Positions 55,379 through 64,000 are shown, counted from the stretch's first letter. The stretch: DNA of 64,000 nucleotides from Candidatus Limnocylindrales bacterium (GCA_038915165.1 JBCLDE010000001.1:6234-70233), one strand, 5' to 3'. The notes: generated from the letters alone by a model not told the origin. Program-made: numbers and translations.

Positions 55379-55540
55379 AGGCGGCCGGCGCGCCGGGATG
55401 CGTCTCACGATCGCGCTGGGCGGCGATGCAAAGCCCGGTCCCGGCGTCGCAGGAACGACCTGGGGGTCGTAGTTCTCCTGTGCCCCGGTGAGCGACGCGA
55501 ACTGCCCGGGGCCAGGACCACGCGGCCATCGTCGAGCGGA

Positions 55541-56248
55541 TCACCGCGGCCAGCCGCATGTTCGACACGGATCTCCGGCGCGAAGCCTCGATCCGAAATA
55601 GATCTGCCCCACACGATGCAGGAACATGTGGGACTCGTTGGGATAGGTGACAAGTGTGGCGTCCCGGAACCAGGACGCTGAACCCGCTGCGGGTGTCCTG
55701 GCGACCGTCGGCCTGAGCCGCGCTAGGGTGGCCCTGCCGCCGCCGGGCGCTCCACTGGTCGTAATGCGCGAAATCGCGAGCGCAACGAGGGCGCCGAGGA
55801 CCCCGACCGCGATGAGCAGACCGCGAACTTCCGCCGAGTAGGACAGCCCAAGCGCCGCATCGAGCGACGCCGACCCAGATCCCGTACCGGCCAGGGCCAC
55901 GACCCCCGCCGCGAGGCTGAGCGGGAACTCGACGCCGCCGTTGGCGTTCCAGAAGCCCTTTTGCAAGTTTACGAGCGCGACGATCACGACCGACTGGGCG
56001 ATGAGTGCCGCGGTCGCCAGGGGCGTCAGGAGACCCACGGCGAGCAGGACCCCGCCCCCGAGTTGGGCCGCCGTCGAGACGAGGGCCCAGAAGCCTACCG
56101 GACGGAGCCCCATGTGCTCGACCCCGGCGCGCCAGCCGGCATACCCCGGACCCGACCACCATCCAAATACCTTCTGCGCGCCGTGGGCGGCGAAGGTCAG
56201 GCCGATCATGAGACGCAGGATGAGTAGACCGAGATCGCCGGGTGTCAT
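55541..56248 (-). CDS. DoxX-family membrane protein with an unrelated ~80-aa C-terminal tail
   Basis: The product reads LLILRLMIGLTFAAHGAQKVFGWW...LLAVGLLTPLATAALIAQSVVIV. The tail ...WFRDATLVTYPNESHMFLH looks like the end of a hydrolase and may be a fused remnant. Confidence 0.7.
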   Translation of the reverse strand: MTPGDLGLLILRLMIGLTFAAHGAQKVFGWWSGPGYAGWRAGVEHMGLRPVGFWALVSTAAQLGGGVLLAVGLLTPLATAALIAQSVVIVALVNLQKGFWNANGGVEFPLSLAAGVVALAGTGSGSASLDAALGLSYSAEVRGLLIAVGVLGALVALAISRITTSGAPGGGRATLARLRPTVARTPAAGSASWFRDATLVTYPNESHMFLHRVGQIYFGSRLRAGDPCRTCGWPR

Positions 56249-56423
56249 TGCCGTGACTCCAGCTCTACTCTACGATTCTGTTGCGAGCGCAACCAAGGTG
56301 AGGCAGGGGCCCGGGCTGGTCAAACCGCGTGGATGCTTCTTGATGCTCTGTCGGGTGGATGCTCGCACATCCACGCGCCGAGCGGACAAGTCGTGCGCGA
56401 TGGGGCCGATGGGGCTACCGTAA

Positions 56424-59400
56424 ATGGCGACCGTGAGCAATTCCATGACTGGTTCGAACGAGGCCCGCGACGCGGTCCGCGCCGTGCCGATTCCGATCCA
56501 GGGGATTGGCGCGCGCCTCGTCGCCAACATGACCCAGAGCCTCACCGTCCCCACCGCAACCTCGTTCCGCGACATGCCGGTCGATGTCATGGTTGCGCTG
56601 CGGCGCCAACTCAACGCGGCCTTGGCCCCGTTCCGCCTGTCGTTCACCCACCTGATCGCGTATGCCATCGCCCAGGCGGGAGCAGTCCACCCGACGCTCG
56701 CTGCCCACTTCGTGGAGATCGACGGGCGGCCGCATCGGGTCGACGCGAGCGCGATCAATCTCGGGCTGGCCGTGGACGTCCGGACCCGCGACGGTCAGCC
56801 ATTTCTGGTCGTCCCTGTGGTCCGGGGTGCCGACGAGCTCGACTTCGCGGCCTTCGTGGCCGCCTACGACGATCTGGTGGGGCGGGCAAGAGACAGCCGC
56901 CTCTCGGCCGACGACCTCGTGGGCGCCGGCATCACGCTCACCAACCCGGGGACGGTGGGCACGACCGCGTCCATCCCTCGCCTGATGCCGGGCCAGGGCG
57001 CGATCGTCGCCACCGGTGCGATCCACAAGGTCGCCGGCGGGAGCGTGATGACGGTCAGCAGCACCTACGACCATCGGATCATCCAGGGTGCCGAATCGGG
57101 CCGCTTCCTGGCCACGGTGGAAGAACTGCTCGGAGGCGCGGACGACTTCTACGGCTACGTCGCGGATTGCCTGGAGATCCCGCGGTCGGTGGTCTCAGTG
57201 ACGACCACGACGGTCGCGCCCGCGACCGTCGGCGTGGCGTCTCCCGCCGCGACCAGCGGCCTGGCCGAAATCGCCGCCGGTGTGGCCCTCGTCCACTCCT
57301 ATCGCCAATTCGGCCACCGGGCCGCCGCTCTCGACCCTCTCGGCAGCACCCCGCCCGGCGAGCCGGCCCTGGAACCGGAGGCCTGGGGCCTCACTCCGGA
57401 GGAGCTGGCGTGTGTCCCGGCCGACCTGCTGCGTGTCGACCTGCCGGGAGCCAACCTGGCGGATGTCCTGCCGGAGCTGCGTCGCACCTACTGCGGAACC
57501 ATCGCCTACGAGATCGAGCACATCAACAGCCACGACGAGCGGACGTGGCTGCGGAAGACGATCGAGACGGGAACGCATCGGGTCCCCCTTACCGCGGACG
57601 ACAAGCGGAAACTTCTCACCCGGCTGACGGCCGTGGAGGCCTTCGAGCACTTTCTCCAGCGTGCGTACCTGGGCCAGAAGCGGTTCTCGATCGAGGGCCT
57701 CGATGTCCTCGTCCCGATGCTGCACCAGATCATCGAGCTGGTCGGACGGGCCGGCGCCAGGACGGTCAAGCTCGGAATGGCCCATCGGGGTCGCCTGAAC
57801 GTCCTCGTCCAGGTGGTGGGCGTCCCCGACGCCGTGATCCTCGACGAGTTCGAGCGCAGCCACTCAACGGCCGAGGCCGACCTCCCGCCCGAGGGTGAGA
57901 CGAGCGACGTCAAGTACCACCGCGGCGCGGACGGCGTCCATCAGACCGCGAGTGGCCCGATCCTGGTGACGCTCTCGTCCAACCCGAGCCACCTCGAGGC
58001 AGTCGACCCCGTGGTCGAGGGCCGGGCACGCGCCGAGCAAAGCGATCGCAAGGGACCTACGGTGAGCCGGGACGTCCGCCTCGCGGTGCCCGTGCTGATC
58101 CATGGAGACGCCGGGTTTGCTGCGCAGGGCGTGGTCGCCGAGACGTTTAACCTCGCGCGTCTCGCCGGCTACACGACCGGCGGGACGACCCACCTCATCG
58201 CCGACAATCAGCTCGGCTTCACGGTCGAGCCGAGTGACGGCCGCTCGACCGACTACGCCAGTGATCTTGCCAAGGGCTTCGACGTGCCGATCGTCCACGT
58301 CAACGCCGACGATCCGGAGGCCTGCCTGGCGGCGGTAGAGCTCGCCGTCGCCTACCGCGAACGGTTTCATGGCGACTTCGTCATCCACGTCGTGGGCTAC
58401 CGTCGCCACGGCCACAACGAGGAGGACGAGCCGGCCTATACACAACCGCTGATGTACGCTCGGGTCGCCGAGCACCCGACGGTCCGCGAGCTCTACCTGC
58501 GGCGCCTGGTCGAGGAGGGCACCCTCGAGCTCAGCGCCGGAGAGGCGATGCTCAGTGCTGCGGAGGCACGCCTGGCGGAGATCCAGGAGTCGGTGGCGAG
58601 CAGGGTGACGGACGGCGAGCTGGAGGCCGTCGCGGAACCTGGGGCGACCGAGCCCCGGCCGGCGGCGAATCTGGTCGGTCCGCGACGCAGGACCCGCGGC
58701 TCGACGGAGGTTCCCGCAACGGCGGTCCGCGCAAGCCGCCTGCGAACCATCAACGACGAGCTCCTCCGCTGGCCCGAGGACTTCACCGTTCATCCCAAGT
58801 TGATCCGCCAGCTCGACCGGCGGCGCGCGGCGCTCGGCCCGGACGGCAGGATCCTGTGGGCGCAGGCGGAAGCCCTCGCGCTGGGGTCACTCCTGCTCGA
58901 CGGCACGCCGATTCGCCTGACCGGCCAGGACACCGAACGAGGGACGTTCAGCCAGCGCCATCTCGTGCTCCACGATGCCGGGGACGGGCGGCAGTTCACG
59001 CCGATCCAGCATCTGTCCGGCGCTCGGGCCTCATTCGAGCTGCACAACAGCCCCCTCTCGGAGCTGGCCTGCCTCGGGTTCGAGTACGGCTATGCCGTGG
59101 AGGCGCCAGAGACCCTCGTCCTCTGGGAGGCGCAGTACGGGGACTTTGCCAACGGCGGCGAGGTCGTGATCGACCAGTTCATCATCGCGGGCCTAGCGAA
59201 GTGGGGCGAGACCTCTCGGCTGACCCTCCTGCTACCGCACGGCTACGAGGGCCAAGGACCGGAGCACTCGAGCGCGCGTCTTGAGCGCTACCTGTCCCTA
59301 GGAGCAGAGGACAACATTCGGGTCGCGAACTGCACGACGCCCGCCCAGTACTTTCACCTGCTGCGCGACCAGGGCCTCCGCCCGATCGTCCGACCGCTGG

Positions 59401-59957
59401 TGCTGATGACGCCCAAGAGCCTGCTGAGGCTTCCGGCCGCGACCTCCAGCGTCGACGAGTTGACCGCCGGCCGGTTCGAGGCCGTCCTCGACGATCCGGA
59501 CCGCGCGGCATCACGCAGCGACGTCCGCCGGCTTGTGCTGTGCAGCGGCCGTCTCTACTACGACCTGCTGCTCTCGCCGATGCGCGCAGAGGCACACGAC
59601 GTGGCCATCGGTCGAGTCGAGCTTCTCTATCCGTTTCCCGGCGAGGAGGTGCGGCGGCTGGTCGCCCGCTACCCGTCCCTCGAGACGGTGGTCTGGGCCC
59701 AGGAGGAGCCGCGCAACATGGGTGCCCGCAAGTTCGTGCTGCCCAAGCTTCTCGAACTTGTCCCCGGGAACGTCCCGATCGTCGACGTCTCGCGACCCGA
59801 GCGATCGAGCCCGGCCGAGGGGTACCACGCCGCGCACCGGACCCAGCAGCAATCGATCGTCGAGGAGGCATTCGGAGAGCTGTCCCTCCGGTCGCCGGCC
59901 CGCGGCCACGGGGGTCGCGGCCGTGCACGGACGTCCCGAAAGGCATCGGTGGCATGA
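56424..59957 (+). CDS. kgd: Kgd/OdhA-type 2-oxoglutarate dehydrogenase: E2 acyltransferase catalytic domain fused to E1o
   Basis: The N-terminal ~230 aa read LTVPTATSFRDMPV...LTNPGTVGTTASIPRLMPGQGAIVATG...SSTYDHRIIQGAESGRFL (E2 catalytic core). E1o motifs follow: RFSIEGLD, MAHRGRLNVL, GDVKYH-like SDVKYHRG, HGDAGFAAQGVV, HNEEDEP, FEYGY and [15 protein letters not shown]. Confidence 0.9.
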   Translation: MATVSNSMTGSNEARDAVRAVPIPIQGIGARLVANMTQSLTVPTATSFRDMPVDVMVALRRQLNAALAPFRLSFTHLIAYAIAQAGAVHPTLAAHFVEIDGRPHRVDASAINLGLAVDVRTRDGQPFLVVPVVRGADELDFAAFVAAYDDLVGRARDSRLSADDLVGAGITLTNPGTVGTTASIPRLMPGQGAIVATGAIHKVAGGSVMTVSSTYDHRIIQGAESGRFLATVEELLGGADDFYGYVADCLEIPRSVVSVTTTTVAPATVGVASPAATSGLAEIAAGVALVHSYRQFGHRAAALDPLGSTPPGEPALEPEAWGLTPEELACVPADLLRVDLPGANLADVLPELRRTYCGTIAYEIEHINSHDERTWLRKTIETGTHRVPLTADDKRKLLTRLTAVEAFEHFLQRAYLGQKRFSIEGLDVLVPMLHQIIELVGRAGARTVKLGMAHRGRLNVLVQVVGVPDAVILDEFERSHSTAEADLPPEGETSDVKYHRGADGVHQTASGPILVTLSSNPSHLEAVDPVVEGRARAEQSDRKGPTVSRDVRLAVPVLIHGDAGFAAQGVVAETFNLARLAGYTTGGTTHLIADNQLGFTVEPSDGRSTDYASDLAKGFDVPIVHVNADDPEACLAAVELAVAYRERFHGDFVIHVVGYRRHGHNEEDEPAYTQPLMYARVAEHPTVRELYLRRLVEEGTLELSAGEAMLSAAEARLAEIQESVASRVTDGELEAVAEPGATEPRPAANLVGPRRRTRGSTEVPATAVRASRLRTINDELLRWPEDFTVHPKLIRQLDRRRAALGPDGRILWAQAEALALGSLLLDGTPIRLTGQDTERGTFSQRHLVLHDAGDGRQFTPIQHLSGARASFELHNSPLSELACLGFEYGYAVEAPETLVLWEAQYGDFANGGEVVIDQFIIAGLAKWGETSRLTLLLPHGYEGQGPEHSSARLERYLSLGAEDNIRVANCTTPAQYFHLLRDQGLRPIVRPLVLMTPKSLLRLPAATSSVDELTAGRFEAVLDDPDRAASRSDVRRLVLCSGRLYYDLLLSPMRAEAHDVAIGRVELLYPFPGEEVRRLVARYPSLETVVWAQEEPRNMGARKFVLPKLLELVPGNVPIVDVSRPERSSPAEGYHAAHRTQQQSIVEEAFGELSLRSPARGHGGRGRARTSRKASVA

Positions 59958-60125
59958 TCGAGACCCGTCACGATCGCAACGTTCACGACATCCACAGTTC
60001 GCCTCCACCTTAGTATGCGGGCACCGGCCCGCGCGCACGAAGGGCTGCTCACGCCCGCTTGGCACAGGTGATCGGCGACGCCGAGGGACGCGGCGGAGCG
60101 GCTGCGCGCGGTCGTTCGGCTGGCC

Positions 60126-60449
60126 GTGCCGGACGCGATCGAACGAGTGCGGTCAGGCTGGCACCTGATCGGCTACGAGGTTCCCGCTGGGCGCCGTTCG
60201 AGGTACTTCGCCTTCGTCGCGCCGGAGGTCGAGCACGTCCACCTCGGGTTCGAGTACGGAATCTGGATGTCCGATCCCGACGGTCTGCTCCGGGGCGCGC
60301 ACCTGGGCCTCCGCAAGGTGCGCTTCGTGACGTACATGCCGGGCGATCCCATCCCGGAGCCGGCGCTCGTCGAGTTCACTCGCGAAGCCGCGTGGCTGGC
60401 CACGATGTCGCGCGACGAGCATCTGGTGCTCGAGCTGGACCGCGACTGA
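60126..60449 (+). CDS. DUF1801-like protein, apparently lacking its N-terminal ~30 residues
   Basis: The product reads ...AVPDAIERVRSGWHLIGYEV...FAFVAPEVEHVHLGFEYGIWMSDPDGLLRGAHLGLRKVRFV. The frame opens at 60072 with homologous-looking ...AAERLRAVVRLA, but the first start codon is GTG 60126. Confidence 0.45.
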   Translation: MPDAIERVRSGWHLIGYEVPAGRRSRYFAFVAPEVEHVHLGFEYGIWMSDPDGLLRGAHLGLRKVRFVTYMPGDPIPEPALVEFTREAAWLATMSRDEHLVLELDRD

Positions 60450-60653
60450 AGGCCGAGCGCCATGCTGTCGCGACGAATGACCAGGTTGATCGAAATCCGC
60501 TCGAATCGCCTTCGTCCGGGCTGGCGGTCCGAGTTCGAGCGGCACAGGGACTGGAAGCGTACGACGGGCTCTCAAGCCCTCTGCCGTCGAGACGGCAGAG
60601 GGCTGGCGCGACGAGACCACCCTATCCTGCTACTCGTCGCGTAGACTCCGGCC

Positions 60654-61640
60654 ATGGCTGACGGCGACCGCTCTGGGCTGCATACGGGGATGGCAGGGCT
60701 TCCGAGTGGCGCACAAGCGGAGATCGAGTCACTCCGTGCAGTTCGTAGCCCAACTCGACGCGTAGTGGCCCCTGCACTCGAAGACATCCTGTACGAGCCG
60801 ATTCCAGTGCTCGATCACGGGTTCATACGCGTGATCGACTACATGGGCGACGACTCCTCTGTCGTCCAAGCCGCCAGAGTCTCCTATGGACGTGGGACGA
60901 CGAAGCAGCGCACCGATGCCGGGTTGATTGGCTACTTGATGCGCCATCGGCACACGTCGCCGTTCGAGATGTGCGAGATCAAGCTGCACGTGAAGCTGCC
61001 CATCTTCGTCGCCCGGCAGTGGATTCGCCACAGGACTGCGAGTGTGAACGAGTACTCGGGCCGATACTCCGTTCTCGACCGGGAATTCTACGTTCCGCGC
61101 ATTGGCGACCTGGCTCCGCAATCGCAGACAGCCCGGCAGGGTCGTGCGGGAGTCTTGCCTCCCGAACGGGCGTCGAGAGTCCTCGACCTGCTAAGGCGCA
61201 ACGCTGAAGCGGCATACGAAGGATATGAGACGCTGCTCGCGGACCCCTCGGAGACGCCTGATGGCTTAGGGCTTGCCCGCGAGCTGGCACGCATGAACTT
61301 GACCCTGAGTTACTACACTCAGTGGTACTGGAAGATTGACCTCCACAACCTTCTGCACTTCGTCGAGGTGAGGGCGTCTCCGGACGCACAGCTGGAAATC
61401 CGCGCCTACGCGTTGGTGTTGCTAGAGCTCCTGAGGGCCTGGGTCCCGCAGACGGCCGAGGCATTTCGCATTCACAGGCTCGAGGGTGTCAGCCTCTCCT
61501 CCAAGGCTATCCGCGTGATCCGCGCCGCCGTGCCGACGTCCAATCTCGTGAGGCCCGAAGACATGAGTGACGGCGAATGGCGCGAGCTACTCGCCGTCCT
61601 CGATCGAAATGAGGCCGTGGACCCTGATGCAAGTCGGTAG
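60654..61640 (+). CDS. thyX: FAD-dependent thymidylate synthase ThyX (start 60654 or ATG 60690)
   Basis: LDHGFIRVIDYMGDD, HRHTSPFEMCEIKLHVKLPIFVARQWIRHRTASVNEYSGRYS (the RHRxxSxxxxSxR motif) and WKIDLHNLLHFVEVR are present. GC is visibly lower than in the surroundings. Confidence 0.9.
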   Translation: MADGDRSGLHTGMAGLPSGAQAEIESLRAVRSPTRRVVAPALEDILYEPIPVLDHGFIRVIDYMGDDSSVVQAARVSYGRGTTKQRTDAGLIGYLMRHRHTSPFEMCEIKLHVKLPIFVARQWIRHRTASVNEYSGRYSVLDREFYVPRIGDLAPQSQTARQGRAGVLPPERASRVLDLLRRNAEAAYEGYETLLADPSETPDGLGLARELARMNLTLSYYTQWYWKIDLHNLLHFVEVRASPDAQLEIRAYALVLLELLRAWVPQTAEAFRIHRLEGVSLSSKAIRVIRAAVPTSNLVRPEDMSDGEWRELLAVLDRNEAVDPDASR

Positions 61641-61979
61641 AGCTTTATCGAAAGGGACCAAACGGGCACCCGCGAAACCCGAAGTGCTCGTGCACCGATC
61701 AGGTGGCCGTCGGAGCAGGCTACGGGCGTATGCCGCTGGTTTCACCCGCCCGCGAACAACACCACCCACCTAGAGCACCCATGTCCGGCCAGATCCCGGC
61801 CTCGACGACGTGGATGAGGGCCCTACGCAGGGCAGCGGCGGCTGCCGCGAACTCGTCGAGGGCGGTCAGGCACCTGCCGCACGTACGACGCAGGTCTCCA
61901 TCGTCCGATCGCCGACGGCGCGAAACTCGGCCCGCGGCCAGACGAGCATCCGCCGTCTCAGTCACACACGATTCACCTG

Positions 61980-62017
61980 TTGGTTATTTCCGAGCGCGGT
62001 AGTATGATTTAGCGATG
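61980..62017 (+). promoter_or_regulatory. putative promoter TTGGTT-17-TATGAT ending 6 nt before the sufT ATG (likely leaderless transcript)
   Basis: TTGGTT lies at 61980..61985, TATGAT at 62003..62008 and the ATG at 62015. There is no room for an SD. Confidence 0.35.
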
Positions 62018-62350
62018 ATCAACGAGACAAGCATCGCCACCCCTGACGTCGCGCCGCCCGCCTTCAACGCCGAGCGCCGTGCCACGGAGCTCGCCATCCT
62101 CGACGCCCTGCGCTCCGTCGTGGACCCGGAGATCGGGATGAATGTCGTGGAACTGGCGCTCATCAAGCAGATCATCCTCGCCCCGGACTCGACCGAGGTG
62201 AGGATGATCCTGACCACGCCCTTCTGTCCGTACGCCGCCTCGATCCTCGCCCAGGTCAAGGAGCAGACCGAGACCGTGGTCGAGCACGACGTCACGGTCA
62301 CCCTGCTGGCCGAGCCTTGGGACCCCAAGGAAGCCGGCATAATGTGGTGA
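62015..62350 (+). CDS. sufT: SufT/DUF59 (MIP18-family) Fe-S assembly protein
   Basis: The product reads ILDALRSVVDPEIGMNVVELALIKQI...VRMILTTPFCPYAASILAQVKE. Confidence 0.8.
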   Translation: MINETSIATPDVAPPAFNAERRATELAILDALRSVVDPEIGMNVVELALIKQIILAPDSTEVRMILTTPFCPYAASILAQVKEQTETVVEHDVTVTLLAEPWDPKEAGIMW

Positions 62351-62426
62351 GCGCGACGCGCACCTCCCGAGCCACCACGCCGAGCCGATGGGCTGGTATC
62401 GCCACCGTCGGCGAGGGGATCGAAGG

Positions 62427-62480
62427 GTAACCCGGGATTTAAGCGGGTTACTTGTCAAAACTCGTTACCGCACGTACGAT
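62427..62480 (+). promoter_or_regulatory. 8-bp inverted repeat (GTAACCCG N9 CGGGTTAC) abutting a TTGTCA-17-TACGAT promoter upstream of the A-type carrier gene
   Basis: The arms lie at 62427..62434 and 62444..62451. The -35 element is at 62452..62457 and the -10 at 62475..62480. A second palindrome GGTGAC...GTCACC (62483..62505) follows, along with a strong RBS GAAGGAGG at 62541..62548. Confidence 0.35.
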
Positions 62481-62557
62481 ATGGTGACTGGCCGGAATCG
62501 TCACCATTACCCGGACGCCATCACGGAACTTGACCCTTCAGAAGGAGGCCGCGGCAG

Positions 62558-62956
62558 ATGCTTGAAGTCCAGTTGATCGAGGTCCAGCCGACCACGGTGC
62601 TCAATATGACCGACGCCGCCACCCTGAAGCTCCGTGAGATCGTGGCCCAAGGGACCAACCCAAACATCGGCCTGCGCGTCCACATCACCAGCGGCGGCTG
62701 CTCTGGCCACAAGTACGAGATGATGCTCGAGGACGCCCCAACCGCCCAGGACAAGGTCATCAAGGCCAACGGCGTCACCGTCTATGTCGATGGCAAGAGC
62801 ATCCACCTGCTGAAGGGCGCCGAGATCGATTACGTCGATACGCTTATGGGCGCCGGCTTCACGGTCAACAACCCCAATGCCGTCGCGGCCTGCGGCTGCG
62901 GCACCAGCTTTCGCACCGCCGACGATGCCGGCTCAGCGAAAAGCTGCTCCAACTAG
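62558..62956 (+). CDS. A-type Fe-S carrier (IscA/SufA/ErpA, HesB family)
   Basis: The product reads LRVHITSGGCSGHKYEMML...IDYVDTLMGAGFTVNNPNAVAACGCGTSF. The AGGAGG RBS 9 nt upstream supports ATG 62558. Confidence 0.85.
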   Translation: MLEVQLIEVQPTTVLNMTDAATLKLREIVAQGTNPNIGLRVHITSGGCSGHKYEMMLEDAPTAQDKVIKANGVTVYVDGKSIHLLKGAEIDYVDTLMGAGFTVNNPNAVAACGCGTSFRTADDAGSAKSCSN

Positions 62957-63085
62957 ATCGGGAACCGTGGAGCGGTCGGTGGCTGGGTTCGGTGGCTTCA
63001 CGGGCTCCGACGGTGGAACTACCGCTCTTTCCGCTGCACACCGTGCTCTGTCCAGAGACGGTGAGTGCGCAGGGACAGGACTCGA

Positions 63086-63373
63086 ATGACCTATGTGATC
63101 GCCGAGGCGTGCATCGACGTGCTCGACCAGTCGTGCGTCTCGGTCTGTCCGGTTGACTGCATCCATTTCGACGAAGGTACGGATCGCAAGCTGTTCATCG
63201 ATCCGAACGAGTGCATCGACTGCGGAGCCTGTGAGCCAGAATGTCCGGTGAATGCGATCTTCACCGAGGAGTCTCTGCCGCCGGAATGGGCGAACTACAC
63301 AGCCATCGACGCCGTCTGGTTTACCGACAAGGCGGCTGCCCGAGCCGAGGTTGACGCGCTCATGCCGGTCTGA
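63086..63373 (+). CDS. fdxA: 7Fe-type ferredoxin ([3Fe-4S][4Fe-4S], FdxA-like)
   Basis: The product reads MTYVIAEACIDVLDQSCVSVCPVDCIH...IDPNECIDCGACEPECPVNAIF. Confidence 0.85.
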   Translation: MTYVIAEACIDVLDQSCVSVCPVDCIHFDEGTDRKLFIDPNECIDCGACEPECPVNAIFTEESLPPEWANYTAIDAVWFTDKAAARAEVDALMPV

Positions 63374-63488
63374 CCGCCCGTCGGGCCTCGTCGAGCGGTC
63401 CCTCGCGGGCGGCGAGGCTCTGGTGGAAGCGATACGACAAGCCCGGAACTCGAGCAGGTGGCAGCGGTGGGCGATCACGTCGACGACC

Positions 63489-63574
63489 CGGCCATCGACC
63501 TCGATGCGGATGCGCGGAGTCCACTGCGGGGCGGCTTTGGGGGCGGGTGATCAGGTCCGGCCACGGTCGCCTTA
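63489..63574 (-). pseudogene. degenerate second copy of the first ~45 codons (plus leader) of the 860-aa nuoG-like fusion gene, directly downstream of nuoF-like
   Basis: 63489..63530 matches 41847..41888 (42 nt, 3 mismatches). 63531..63574 matches 41948..41990 (2 mismatches, 1-nt insertion). This copy lacks the 59 nt at 41889..41947, and ATG is changed to GTG. The shared block ends at TAA, which here is the nuoF-like stop codon (63572..63574). Confidence 0.8.
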
Positions 63575-64000
63575 TGAGATCGCGCCGGCGGTCACCGCGA
63601 TCGGGTGACAGACACCGGCCGGGCAGGAACTCTTGAGGAGATGATCGTCCAACTCGGAGCGGAAGTATCGCATCCCGCTCGTCAACGGGAGGGTCGTCAG
63701 GCGCTCGTGGTCGCACAGCGCGGAGGCCACGATGTCGGCCGAAAGGTCCTCCAGCAGGTTCGTATCAGTCGGGCGCGGCCGGCCCTCGGTGGCCCGATCG
63801 GCGATCTCTAGCAGGCGGCGGGTACCGATCCGGCAGGGGATCGTCTTGCCGCAGGCCTCGTTCGCGCAGAAGCGCGTCAGCAGGCGGGCCAGATCCACGA
63901 CGCAGGTCCGATCGTCGGCGACGACCACGGAACCGGAGCCGACGTGGGCACCGGCGGCCCGCAGCGTGTCGAAGGTATACGGCGTGTCGAGCAGGTCGGC
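63572..64000 (-). CDS. nuoF: NuoF/HoxF-type NADH dehydrogenase flavoprotein subunit, C-terminal part (partial, continues beyond window end)
   Basis: Reading in from the window edge gives ...LLDTPYTFDTLRAAGAHVGSGSVVVADDRTCVVDLARLLTRFCANEACGKTIPCRIGTRRLLEI...ALCDHERLTTLPLTSGMRYFRSELDDHL. This is the NuoF N3-cluster region pattern E.CG.C.PCR.G. Confidence 0.75.
   Translation of the reverse strand, partial: ADLLDTPYTFDTLRAAGAHVGSGSVVVADDRTCVVDLARLLTRFCANEACGKTIPCRIGTRRLLEIADRATEGRPRPTDTNLLEDLSADIVASALCDHERLTTLPLTSGMRYFRSELDDHLLKSSCPAGVCHPIAVTAGAIS

Noticed and set aside
61703-62002. 99-aa plus ORF and 81-aa minus ORF in the thyX-sufT spacer
   Set aside because: They are Arg/Ala-rich and mutually overlapping, with no motifs or RBS. 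They are more likely non-coding spacer containing the sufT promoter.

Overview
High-GC (about two-thirds G+C by eye) bacterial chromosomal window. It opens on the replication-origin block: jag-yidC-yidD-rnpA-rpmH on the minus strand, then dnaA, a DnaA-box/AT-rich candidate oriC, dnaN, recF and a DUF721/DciA-like gene on the plus strand. After that come: (i) a degenerate PP2C-like membrane protein with a beta-propeller-like ectodomain, a rhomboid protease and a bifunctional nuclease. (ii) About 16 kb of envelope glycoconjugate genes: a GT2 polyprenol-phosphate sugar synthase, three GT-C membrane glycosyltransferase ORFs (one is an ~1800-aa double GT-C fusion), and a translationally coupled ArsR / PI-phosphate synthase / ino1 / two acyltransferases / PHP phosphoesterase / pimA-like operon. 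(iii) An MFS exporter, a CorA variant, a HAD phosphatase, a TlpA-like redoxin and a sortase-like protein. (iv) A nuoJKLMN operon headed by two GltD-type Fe-S flavoprotein fusions, with no canonical Nuo peripheral or quinone-module genes; I consider this the most unusual system here. (v) About 21.5 kb of Fe-S assembly and TCA-related genes (sufB, nfuA-like, sufT, an A-type carrier, a 7Fe ferredoxin, aconitase, an SdhA-like flavoprotein, Kgd-type 2-oxoglutarate dehydrogenase, NAD-formate dehydrogenase, thyX). This stretch is littered with gene remnants (sufD, crcB, ATP-grasp, sucA, IS fragments). It is bracketed by direct repeats of the 5' end of the nuoG-like fusion gene; the second copy sits right behind a partial nuoF-like gene at the window end. 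No rRNA, tRNA or CRISPR array was seen. Many long antisense ORFs in the track are GC artefacts. All family assignments come from motif recognition by eye, with no searches run. Taxon is not assigned; the fused Kgd E1-E2, the PIM-type genes and apparent leaderless promoters fit an Actinomycetota- or Chloroflexota-like lineage.
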